From a virus, in the IMG/VR virus record IMGVR_UViG_3300046665_000193, positions 14,981 through 78,980 of that record: a DNA stretch of 64,000 nucleotides. One strand, 5' to 3'. A model generated the notes under the pieces. That model was not told the origin of the DNA. It searched no databases and was given only the letters and a program-made list of their open reading frames with translations. Below, in pieces: positions 17,148-26,132 of the stretch. Numbering within the stretch: position 1 is the first letter of the stretch; each line of letters begins with the position of its first letter. A program made the position numbers and the translations under genes.

Positions 17148-17944
17148 TGCTCCAGGGCGATTATTCTCAGCTATCGCCCAAGGCACTCGACACTTCCTTC
17201 TACGCTGTCAATCCGCACACCTTCGGTAACTATCGCGCAGGCTACATGACCTTGTGGTCGCGCATGTCGGTTACCAAGGTGAGCGAGGCGTCGAAGCAAG
17301 TCCGCCTCGTGGTCGCTCATCAGGATGTCTATAAGGGCATCGAAGCGGCCACGGGGGTGCCGTGGGCAGCAATCGCAATGCTGCATCTCCGCGAAGCCGG
17401 TCCTCAGGACGTAGGCCGCTGGGAATGCACACTGCACAACGGCGAACGCATCATCGGCAAGGGCACCAAGACCAAGCTCGTTCCGAAGGGCGTCGGCCCG
17501 TTCAAGTCATTCAAGGAAGCCGCCATCCATGCCATCCGGCAGGAAGGGCTCGATAAGATCGATTGGGCTAAGGACGGCATCGCGTATCTCGCGTTCGCCT
17601 CCGAGACCTTCAACGGCTTCGGCTATCGCAACAAGGGCATCCCGTCCCCGTACCTTTGGGGCGGCTCGTCCGTCCAGCAGAAGGGCAAGTACGTCAAGGA
17701 TGGCGTGTTCGACCGTAACACCATGGACCCGCAGATCGGCACCATGCCGCTCCTCAAGGTCCTCATGGACACCACCGGATACACCTTTGGCAAAACTCCT
17801 GCTGCTGCTGTGGCTGCACCTCAGCCAACCCCAGTCCCGTCCAGTCCCTCGACCCCCAGCGGCATTGATCCGCAGCGTGGGGTAGGGGCGATCCTGAACG
17901 TGGTCTATACCGCCATCCAAGCGGTTCTCAAACGAAAGAGCTAA
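17147..17944 (+). CDS. Lysozyme-family endolysin
   Basis: H.RE, LHNGE, FNGFGY, PSPYLW, GKYVKDGVFD, QIG motifs of the COG5526-type lysozyme family. Confidence 0.8.
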   Translation: MLQGDYSQLSPKALDTSFYAVNPHTFGNYRAGYMTLWSRMSVTKVSEASKQVRLVVAHQDVYKGIEAATGVPWAAIAMLHLREAGPQDVGRWECTLHNGERIIGKGTKTKLVPKGVGPFKSFKEAAIHAIRQEGLDKIDWAKDGIAYLAFASETFNGFGYRNKGIPSPYLWGGSSVQQKGKYVKDGVFDRNTMDPQIGTMPLLKVLMDTTGYTFGKTPAAAVAAPQPTPVPSSPSTPSGIDPQRGVGAILNVVYTAIQAVLKRKS

Positions 17945-17946
17945 CC

Positions 17947-18192
17947 ATGTATCGTCGCATCCTGCGGCGGTGCGGGCGGCTTCCCCTGTTCCGCCTCGGT
18001 GCGGCACTGGTCATCTTGAGCCAGATCATTGAGGCCCTCGACGCACTGGTCGGTCTCGACCTCGCGTCCATCCTCCCGGCGCACTACAACGTCGCCGCTA
18101 TTGTCACGGCCATCGGCCTGCTCAAGATCGTCCTTAGGGGCCTCTTCGTTGTCGCTTCAATGTTCCAAACCAAACCGGAGGAGGGCAGCTAA
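17947..18192 (+). CDS. Holin-like two-TM protein
   Basis: Basic N-terminus and two hydrophobic segments next to endolysin. Confidence 0.55.
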   Translation: MYRRILRRCGRLPLFRLGAALVILSQIIEALDALVGLDLASILPAHYNVAAIVTAIGLLKIVLRGLFVVASMFQTKPEEGS

Positions 18193-18593
18193 TGTGGCTG
18201 CTCACCTTCGCACTCAATCTCTTCTCCAGTCCCATACTCGGCAAAGTCGCCGACTACCTCACGAAGCGCTCCAACGACCAAGCCGTCATGCACGGCCAAG
18301 ACATGACCGCAGCCACGTCCATCGTGGTCGCGCAAATCCAAGCGGAGATCGCAGCCCGTCAAGCCCAGCTCGCGTTCTCCTCGCGTCACGACAAACTCGT
18401 GGCATGGATCGTCGCGCCGTTCATCCTTCATGTGTGGATGCTCGTGCTCGACAGATGCTTCCATCTCAACTGGAACATCGAGATGCTACCCGACCCACTC
18501 AACGACTGGGAAGGTCGCATCCTTCTATCGTTCTTCATCCTCTCGCCCGCAGCTAACCTTGCAAAGGCGGCTCTCGGGCTGGTGAAGAAGTAG
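18192..18593 (+). CDS. Holin-like membrane protein (3 TM)
   Basis: Hydrophobic segments, LPDPL.DWEG.ILLSFF; in lysis cluster. Confidence 0.55.
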   Translation: MWLLTFALNLFSSPILGKVADYLTKRSNDQAVMHGQDMTAATSIVVAQIQAEIAARQAQLAFSSRHDKLVAWIVAPFILHVWMLVLDRCFHLNWNIEMLPDPLNDWEGRILLSFFILSPAANLAKAALGLVKK

Positions 18594-18660
18594 CAACATG
18601 GCCGGTGCCTCTACAGCCTCATCAACTGTACGCGCCGGTCCTCGCTCCATAGCGGAAAGC

Positions 18661-18824
18661 AACGTGCCCCTTTTAAGGGGGCGTTCAGGTCCAAGACCAC
18701 CGACTAGACGAAGCCTCTTGGCTCACTCTTGATGCATCTGCGGATGCACTGAGCGTGAATAACCTTTTGCGTCTTCCGATGGCGGGTTCGAGGCCACTTC
18801 CTCAATCCACTATGGAGACTACCA
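18661..18824 (+). ncRNA. Structured 5' leader of major capsid gene
   Basis: Hairpins GCCCC/GGGGGC and GCTCA..TGCATC-TGCG-GATGCA..TGAGC with compensatory changes in element D. Confidence 0.55.
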
Positions 18825-19763
18825 ATGACCGACACCGTCGTGTCCCGCACCGGCCAAGTTAACCACACTGGCGATGCACTCGCACTATTCCTCAAGGTGT
18901 TCTCGGGTGAAGTTCTCACCGAGTTCGAGCGCACCACGCTGTTCACCGACAAGCACTTCATCCGACAGATCACGTCGGGCAAGTCGGCGCAGTTCCCGCT
19001 GATCGGTAAGGCGTCCAGCCGTTACCATGTTCCCGGTCAGTGGATCGATGGCACCGTCATCGACCACGCCGAGAAGGTGATCACCATCGACGATCTGCTG
19101 ATCGCTGATACGTTCATCGCCAACATCGACGAAGCCATGAACCACTACGACGTTCGCGGTCCCTACTCGCAGGAGCTGGGTCGTGAGTTGGCTCAGGCAT
19201 TCGACACCAACGTCGCCCGCGTCATGGTTCTGGCGGCTCGCGCCTCCAACCCTCTGGCTGGTCGCGCTGGCGGCACCCGCATCTCCAACGCCAACATGGA
19301 CACCGACAAGGACGCTCTGCGTACCTCGCTGTTCTCGGCTGCTCAGAAGCTCGATGAGAAGAACGTCCCCGCCGAAGATCGCACCGCGTTCTTCCGCCCG
19401 GCTCAGTTCTACATCATGGCTCAGGACACCACGCTCATCAACAAGTTCTACGGTGAGACGGGTGGCGATCTGGGCAAGGGCTCGCTGGAGACCGTCGCTG
19501 GCTTCCCGATTGTGAAGTCGAACAACGTGCCGTCCGCCGATGACACGCTGAACACGAACGTCCACGCCAAGTATCGCTCGGACTTCAGCAAGACCGTGGG
19601 CGTCATCTCGAACAAGATGGCCGCTGGCACCGTCAAGCTGATGGACCTCGCGATGGACGCTCAGTACGAGCCCCGCCGTCAGGGCACCTTCATGGTCGCC
19701 AAGTACGCGGTCGGCCACGACTGGCTGCGCCCTGAGTGCGCGGTCGAACTCTACAAGGCGTAA
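18825..19763 (+). CDS. Major capsid protein (gp10-like)
   Basis: ALFLKVFSGEV, ITSGKSAQFP, ITIDDLL, LRPECAVEL. Confidence 0.97.
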   Translation: MTDTVVSRTGQVNHTGDALALFLKVFSGEVLTEFERTTLFTDKHFIRQITSGKSAQFPLIGKASSRYHVPGQWIDGTVIDHAEKVITIDDLLIADTFIANIDEAMNHYDVRGPYSQELGRELAQAFDTNVARVMVLAARASNPLAGRAGGTRISNANMDTDKDALRTSLFSAAQKLDEKNVPAEDRTAFFRPAQFYIMAQDTTLINKFYGETGGDLGKGSLETVAGFPIVKSNNVPSADDTLNTNVHAKYRSDFSKTVGVISNKMAAGTVKLMDLAMDAQYEPRRQGTFMVAKYAVGHDWLRPECAVELYKA

Positions 19764-19774
19764 GCCTTCAACCC

Positions 19775-19804
19775 AGCCGGGGACCTTCGGGTCTCCGGTT
19801 TTTT
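19775..19804 (+). terminator. T-phi-like terminator
   Basis: AGCCGGGGACC-TTCG-GGTCTCCGGTT + T run immediately after capsid gene. Confidence 0.9.
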
Positions 19805-19819
19805 CATTCAAGGATCACA

Positions 19820-20416
19820 ATGGATACCACTGCGCTCGCTCCCATGACGGAGCTTGAGGCCATCAACGATATGCTCTCGCTCATCTCTGAGAGCCCGGTG
19901 GCCTCCCTTGACGAGGCATCACGGGTCGCTGATGCACAGACTGCGGTGCAGATACTGCGCCGACAACTACGCGACACACAGGCCCGTAACTGGGACTGGA
20001 ACACCGAGAGCGGTATGTGGCTCGCGCCGGATATGGACGGCAACATCGTCCTCCCGCGCAACTGCATCAAGGTCGATCCGACCGACCCGCGTCTCGACTA
20101 TGTGCGCCGGGGCGACAAGCTCTGGGATCGCACCAACCACACATTCAACATCGGCAAGAAGGTCCAGCTCGACCTCGTCATGCTGCTCCCATTTGAGGAC
20201 ATCCCTGAGACCGCGCGTCGCTACATCAGCATCGCAGCCGGTCGCAAGTTCGAGAACCGAATGATCGGTGACGGACAGTCTCACACGATCAACGAAGCTG
20301 ACGTGATGCAGGCATGGGCCATCCTGTTGCAGGAGGAGTGTGAGAACGCCGAACTCAACGTAGTGAAGGACAGCTCCACGGTGCGCAACATTTCGCATGG
20401 TCGCTATCGGCGGTAA
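19820..20416 (+). CDS. Tail tubular protein A (gp11-like)
   Basis: TELEAINDML..I.ESPV, W.WNTE, FEDIPE.ARRYI. Confidence 0.92.
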   Translation: MDTTALAPMTELEAINDMLSLISESPVASLDEASRVADAQTAVQILRRQLRDTQARNWDWNTESGMWLAPDMDGNIVLPRNCIKVDPTDPRLDYVRRGDKLWDRTNHTFNIGKKVQLDLVMLLPFEDIPETARRYISIAAGRKFENRMIGDGQSHTINEADVMQAWAILLQEECENAELNVVKDSSTVRNISHGRYRR

Positions 20417-22800
20417 TGACTAAGCCTGCCTCTGGCACAATTCCAAACCTCGTCAACGGCGTATCACAACAGGCCCCCGCACTCCGTCTCCCCACGCAGG
20501 GTGAGCTACAGGACAACTACTACTCGACAATCGTCGAGGGCTTGAAAGATCGACCGCCGACCGAACATATCGCCAAAATCCTCGACTCTCTTCCCGGCAA
20601 CGTCTTCACTCACATCATCAACCGCGACATCAACGAGAAGTATCTCGTGGTGTTCGACCCGGAAGATGGCATCGTGCGCGTCTTCGACTTCAACGGCGAA
20701 GAGCGGGAGGTCTTCTATCCGCGCGGCTTTGGCTACATCGAACATGCCGACAGCACCATGCTGCGGGCGGTCACCGTGGCCGACTACACTTTCATCACGA
20801 ACACGACCGTGGCAACCGCCATGGACACTGAGGTGCAGCCTACGCGCAAGCCCGAGGCACTGATCAACGTCCTCGCAGGCAACTACGGCAAGACCTACGC
20901 CATCCGTATCAACGGCGTGCTCGCGGCCCAGTACATCACTCCCGATGGCGACGTGGCCTCTGAAGCGTCATTCATCGACACGGTCTACATCGCTTCGCAG
21001 CTCGATGCGTCGCTCACGGCCAACGGCTTCAATGCTGGCGGCTGGCACTCCAACCGCTACGGCAACGCCATCCACATCTTCCACGAGCTGGGCACCCAGT
21101 TCAGCGTCGAGGTGCAGGACGGCTACAACGGCAACGCCATGAAGGCGGCGAAGGGCAGCGTCCAACGCTTCTCCGATCTGCCGTCGTTCGGCCCTGATGG
21201 CTTCACCATCGAGATCGCAGGCGACAGCGGTAACACCGGCGACAACTACTACGTCCAGTTCCAGAAGGGCGTGGACGGTCCCGGCGTTTGGAAGGAGAGT
21301 GTGAAGCCCGGCACCAAGCTGTATCTCAAAGCAGCGACGATGCCGCATGCACTGATCTCTGAAGCGGACGGCACGTTCACCTTTGACGAGATCGAGTGGG
21401 ACCCACGCAAGTGCGGCGACAGCGACAGCTCGCCTGACCCGTCGTTCGTAGGCGACTATATCGAGGATGTGTTCTTCCACCGCAACAGGCTGGGCCTGCT
21501 GTCTGGTGAGAACTCCATCATGAGCCGCAACGGGTCGTTCTTCGACTTCTTCCGCACCACTGCCACGGCTGTGCTCGACGATGATCCCATCGACGTTGGC
21601 GCGTCGCACGTCAAGGTGTCCCTGCTCAAGCATGCGGTGCCGTATCAGGACCAGCTCGTGCTCTTCTCGGAGCAGACGCAGTTCACTGTGAGCGGCAACG
21701 ATCTGCTGACGCCGAAGACCGTGTCAATCCGGCCCCAGACTGAATACGTCTGCGATGGCAACGTGCGCCCGGTCGGCCTCGGTCAGTCCATCTTCTTCGC
21801 CGCACGGCGAGGGGACTACAGCTCGATCTGGGAATACACTATCGACAAGGTCTCGCAGACCGCCTCGGCCAGTGAGGTAACCGCGCATGTCCCGGCCTAT
21901 GTGCCGAAGGGCGTGTTCAAGATGGCCGGAACGTCCAACGAGAGCGTCCTCGCGATGCTCGCGTCCAGCGACCCCACGCGCATCTACATCTACCGCTTCT
22001 ACACATCCTCGGATGGGCAGAGGCTGCAGGCAGCGTGGCAGAAGTGGTCATTGCCGGGCGACCCGAAGATACTGAACGTGGAGTTCATCGAGAGTGACAT
22101 GTTCGTCGTCGCACAGCGCGAGGACGGCGTCTATCTTGAGAAGATCAGGATGCAGCCAAACGCCTTCGACGAGGGCCTCGGCTTCCTTGTGCGGCTCGAC
22201 CGTCGCATCCACTCGACCGATCTTCCGGCCCCGGCCTACAGCGCTGCATTTGGTTACACTGTCTACACCCTCCCTTACATGCCGTCCGAGAACATCGTGG
22301 CGGTTACGTCTCCGGGCGGGAACACACTGCCAGCCATCGAGCTGCCAATCGAGGTCATCAGCGGCACCGGCCTACAGGTCGCCCTCCGTGGCGATACCCG
22401 TGGTGCGAAGGTCTGGTTCGGTGAACCTTACGAGCGCCGCTATCGGTTCTCCAAGTTCTTCCTGAGGCAACAGTCGGCGAACGGCGGCAGCACGGCGGTC
22501 CAGACTGGGCGGCTCCAGCTCCGTCAGATGACGCTGGCCTACAACAACTCGTCCTACTTCCGGGTCGAGGTCACCCCCGAGGGTCGTCAAACCTACGTCT
22601 ATGAAATGACCGGGCGCACCTTGGGCAACGCTCAGAACATCCTCGGCCACATCCCGCTTCGGTCTGGCAAAATGTCGATCCCGATCATGTCGCGCAACGA
22701 CCGGGTCACCATCGACCTCAGCTCCGATAGTTGGATGCCATCGGCATTCATCAACGCGGAATGGCAGGGGACACACAACGAGAAGGCAAGAGAGCTTTAA
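20416..22800 (+). CDS. Tail tubular protein B (gp12-like)
   Basis: NLVNGVSQQ, PSFVG..I.DVFF..NRLG, Q.AW.KW, GRLQLR. Confidence 0.95.
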   Translation: MTKPASGTIPNLVNGVSQQAPALRLPTQGELQDNYYSTIVEGLKDRPPTEHIAKILDSLPGNVFTHIINRDINEKYLVVFDPEDGIVRVFDFNGEEREVFYPRGFGYIEHADSTMLRAVTVADYTFITNTTVATAMDTEVQPTRKPEALINVLAGNYGKTYAIRINGVLAAQYITPDGDVASEASFIDTVYIASQLDASLTANGFNAGGWHSNRYGNAIHIFHELGTQFSVEVQDGYNGNAMKAAKGSVQRFSDLPSFGPDGFTIEIAGDSGNTGDNYYVQFQKGVDGPGVWKESVKPGTKLYLKAATMPHALISEADGTFTFDEIEWDPRKCGDSDSSPDPSFVGDYIEDVFFHRNRLGLLSGENSIMSRNGSFFDFFRTTATAVLDDDPIDVGASHVKVSLLKHAVPYQDQLVLFSEQTQFTVSGNDLLTPKTVSIRPQTEYVCDGNVRPVGLGQSIFFAARRGDYSSIWEYTIDKVSQTASASEVTAHVPAYVPKGVFKMAGTSNESVLAMLASSDPTRIYIYRFYTSSDGQRLQAAWQKWSLPGDPKILNVEFIESDMFVVAQREDGVYLEKIRMQPNAFDEGLGFLVRLDRRIHSTDLPAPAYSAAFGYTVYTLPYMPSENIVAVTSPGGNTLPAIELPIEVISGTGLQVALRGDTRGAKVWFGEPYERRYRFSKFFLRQQSANGGSTAVQTGRLQLRQMTLAYNNSSYFRVEVTPEGRQTYVYEMTGRTLGNAQNILGHIPLRSGKMSIPIMSRNDRVTIDLSSDSWMPSAFINAEWQGTHNEKAREL

Positions 22801-23270
22801 TGGGTTACGTCCAGCGGGCAACCGTTGAAGACGTTACGTTCATCTCCAGGAATTTGAGGCAGGCCGACCGCGACGAGTGCGATGCTACACTAGCAACGCG
22901 CCCTGAGCTGATCCTGCCTCAATGCGTGACTCCCGGTCGGGATGTGTGGACCTTCCACCTGAACGACGGGACGCCCGTTGGAGTGTTCGGCGTCGATAGA
23001 ACACCAGACCCGGATGTCGGCATCGTGTGGATGCTTTCGACTGACGAGATCAAACTACACAAACGAGAGTTTCTCGTAGAGAGCAAGCCGTATGTGCTCG
23101 CGCTCAATGACGACTTCCCAATCATCACCAACATGGTGGATGCGCGGAACACCCTTCATCACCGCTGGCTCAAGTGGCTCGGCTTCTCCTTCCTTCGCAG
23201 GATCGAACGATGGGGTGCACGCAGCGTCCCCTTCTATGAGTTCGCAAGGATGAAACAGACATGTGCATAA
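22800..23270 (+). CDS. gp13-like internal virion / acetyltransferase-like protein
   Basis: LRQADRDEC, N.VDARN..H.RWL.WLGF; T7 gene position. Confidence 0.8.
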   Translation: MGYVQRATVEDVTFISRNLRQADRDECDATLATRPELILPQCVTPGRDVWTFHLNDGTPVGVFGVDRTPDPDVGIVWMLSTDEIKLHKREFLVESKPYVLALNDDFPIITNMVDARNTLHHRWLKWLGFSFLRRIERWGARSVPFYEFARMKQTCA

Positions 23271-23818
23271 TGGCACTGGGCGCACTCGCGCCTATCCTCG
23301 GCATGATCAGCAGCATCGGCTCCGCTGTCGTCGGCTATGCCGCGCAGAAGCAGCAGGCTGATCAGCAGAACGCTTACTACGCCCAGAACGCTCGGGCGGC
23401 TCAGATGGCTGCTGTCAACCAGTATGCCAACCAGCAGAACCAGATCATCCAGAAGCGCAACGCTGCGGGGCAACAGGTCGAAGAGACCCACATCGCAGCG
23501 CTTAAGGCGCGAGGTACGGCGCACGTTGCGTCGGGTGAAGCTGGCGTTACCGGCCTGTCGGTCGATGCCCTCATTGACGACTTCTACGGTCGCGAGGGGC
23601 GGCGCGTCGATAGCATCGATCAGAACTACGAGATGGACCGCGACTACATGCGGGCCAACATGGAAAGCACTGAGGCTCAGGCCCAGCAGCGCATCAACAG
23701 TGTCCGTCAAGCAGCCGAACCGTCGTTCGCCGACGCCGCCATCCGCATTCTCGGAGGTGTCGCAGGGGGCCTCGGGGGCATGGCTAAGGGCGGCATGACA
23801 CAGGAGTTCGCGAGCTAA
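23261..23818 (+). CDS. Internal virion protein (gp14-like)
   Basis: MC start, GEAGVTGLSV; position. Confidence 0.8.
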   Translation: MCIMALGALAPILGMISSIGSAVVGYAAQKQQADQQNAYYAQNARAAQMAAVNQYANQQNQIIQKRNAAGQQVEETHIAALKARGTAHVASGEAGVTGLSVDALIDDFYGREGRRVDSIDQNYEMDRDYMRANMESTEAQAQQRINSVRQAAEPSFADAAIRILGGVAGGLGGMAKGGMTQEFAS

Positions 23819-26076
23819 TGGCGCGACAAGGACGAGTACAGGTTGAGGAGCTGGCAGGGCCGGTTCCTCTTCAAGCGGCACCACTGCCGGGCGACACCTT
23901 CACGGGTGCCGCTCAGGCCCCAATCGACAACAGCCTCACGCGCATTGCGGATGCACTGAGCAGCTTCAACACCTCGCTGTCCAGCTTCGGCACCGCCGCC
24001 AAGCAGGCTCAGCTCAAGCAGCTCGACGAGGCCGAGGGCGCACGCGCCAACAAGATGATCGCAGGCTGGACGCCGGATCAGGCTATCGAGGCTGTACAGA
24101 ATGGCACGCTGGCCAACTTCCAGCACCCGCATTGGAAGGCCGCAGTCGAGAAGAACAGCGGTCAGGCTTACGGCGAGCGGATCATGGGCGGCGTCCAGAA
24201 CATGATCAAGACGGGTCAGATCGACCTTAGCTCCGAAACGGACAACATCTCCGACATCGTCACGAAGGCGACTAACGACGAGCTGCAGAATGTGCCGCCG
24301 TGGTTTCAGGCTTCCAAGGCTGGCATGGCCGGTCTCATGCAGCGCATTGAAGCGGGTCGCGACCAGCTCATCCGTGCCCAGACCGAGCAGCGTGCTGCCG
24401 CCTTCACGCGCAAGCAGGAAGGTGTGGTCTACGATCAGTTCAGCAAGATGTTCGATGTCACCCAAGGCGACAACGCGGAGATCACGCAGAGCAAGATCAG
24501 GGGCGTCTATGCCGACCTCGGCAACAGCAAGTTCCTACGCAACGATCAGGTCGATAAGGTTCTGATTGACGTGCTCCGCAACAAGGCCGCTGACCCGAAC
24601 TCAGTCGAGGCTGTGGTGCATGCGCTGAGCATTGATCGCGTCGGCAAGGATGGCGAGAAGGTCCCGGCGCTGGGCGCGAACCCGCGCTATGTGCAGGACA
24701 TCACCCAGATCAGGGATACAGCCCGCGCCACGCTGACCAAGAAGTACGACGAGACCGCCGAAGCTACCGCGAAGAAGAACGTGCGGGACGCCATCGATCG
24801 ACAGGACGGCTCTGTCTGGACGATGAACTCGACCAGTTATGAGAACCCGTATGCGAAGGGCGACAAGACCCGCACCATCGACATGTCCAAGACCAAGGAC
24901 GCGGCGGCTGTGGACTACCTGACGTGGAGCAAGCAGCTCGCAGGCTCGCGACGTGAAAGCCCAGAGAACCAGTATCAGCGCGAATGGAACACCATGACCG
25001 CGAACAACATGCCGAACCCGGCGTGGACTGAGATGCTGTCGAGCCCGTCCAAGGCGTTCGCCAATCCGCAGTCGCTTACCAACCCGGTACAGCGGCAGCA
25101 GGCTATCGCGTCTGGCGAGCTGTTCATGCGGATGTCGGAAGCGAACTATCCGTATGTGAAGAACACGCTCAAGCTCGACAAGAACGCGCTCGACTTCAAT
25201 CAGGTCTATCAGGTTGCACGTCAACTGGGTAAGAACGAGGACCAGTCTCTCGACATGGCGGCGGCTGCAATCCGCACTCCCGACAACGAGAACGACATGG
25301 CGGTTCGCTCCCAGCGGGCGAAGGATGTCGAGGCCAAGGTCAAGTCTATGGACTTCGGCACTGGTTGGCAGAGCTACATCCCGTTCAACAACAGCAACGC
25401 CAAGAACAGCGGCGCGGTGCAGAAGCGCATCCTCGACGTGGCTACCGTCCTCGTTCGCGTCCCCGGCATGTCGCTGGACGATGCGGTGAAGGGCGCTGCC
25501 GAGATGGTGCAGAAGCGCTCGGTCTATGTGAATGGTCACGTCGTGGCCGACAACGGCTACATGCCGCCGAAGCAGCTCACCGGCAACATCGAGAAGGCGC
25601 TCGCCGACTACCATGCCCAGTACGGCAAGAAGGAAGCCGTTGGCTCTGCCAGCGATCTCTCCATCGAGCCCATGGGCGGTGGCACGTTCCGCATCATCGA
25701 CGCCTCGCAGGAGGGCGGTAAGCCGCTCTACGCGCAGGACGCCAAGGGCCGTGTGATCCCCGCTACGATCACGATGGCGCAGCTCACACGCATGCAGAAG
25801 AACACCGAGGCTGACACTGAGGTGACCCGAGAAGCTGCACAGGTTGAGAACCGGAGGGCCGCAGAGGCCGCTGATGCTGCCCGCATCCGCAACACCCCGG
25901 ATCGTCTCCTGTCACCAGCCCAGCGCGAGACAAAGCGTGCTCTCGGTCCCGATCCGGCGCTCGACGCCTTCACGAACCTCAACGGCGGCGGGGAGATGAT
26001 CCCGCCACAGCAGTTCGAGGACACCTTCAAGAAGCTCTTCCAGCGGCCCCACGGGCGTCTGGGCAAGCAGAACTAA
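23818..26076 (+). CDS. Internal virion protein (gp15-like)
   Basis: 752 aa helical protein at gp15 position. Confidence 0.75.
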   Translation: MARQGRVQVEELAGPVPLQAAPLPGDTFTGAAQAPIDNSLTRIADALSSFNTSLSSFGTAAKQAQLKQLDEAEGARANKMIAGWTPDQAIEAVQNGTLANFQHPHWKAAVEKNSGQAYGERIMGGVQNMIKTGQIDLSSETDNISDIVTKATNDELQNVPPWFQASKAGMAGLMQRIEAGRDQLIRAQTEQRAAAFTRKQEGVVYDQFSKMFDVTQGDNAEITQSKIRGVYADLGNSKFLRNDQVDKVLIDVLRNKAADPNSVEAVVHALSIDRVGKDGEKVPALGANPRYVQDITQIRDTARATLTKKYDETAEATAKKNVRDAIDRQDGSVWTMNSTSYENPYAKGDKTRTIDMSKTKDAAAVDYLTWSKQLAGSRRESPENQYQREWNTMTANNMPNPAWTEMLSSPSKAFANPQSLTNPVQRQQAIASGELFMRMSEANYPYVKNTLKLDKNALDFNQVYQVARQLGKNEDQSLDMAAAAIRTPDNENDMAVRSQRAKDVEAKVKSMDFGTGWQSYIPFNNSNAKNSGAVQKRILDVATVLVRVPGMSLDDAVKGAAEMVQKRSVYVNGHVVADNGYMPPKQLTGNIEKALADYHAQYGKKEAVGSASDLSIEPMGGGTFRIIDASQEGGKPLYAQDAKGRVIPATITMAQLTRMQKNTEADTEVTREAAQVENRRAAEAADAARIRNTPDRLLSPAQRETKRALGPDPALDAFTNLNGGGEMIPPQQFEDTFKKLFQRPHGRLGKQN

Positions 26077-26132
26077 CCCATCAACCGGCGAGGGGAGAGC
26101 TGAGGCTCTCTCCCGCTCATTAGGATATTTCA

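Noticed and set aside
19736-19820. T7-style 10A/10B capsid frameshift extension
   Set aside because: No slippery sequence at the capsid 3' end, and a terminator follows immediately.
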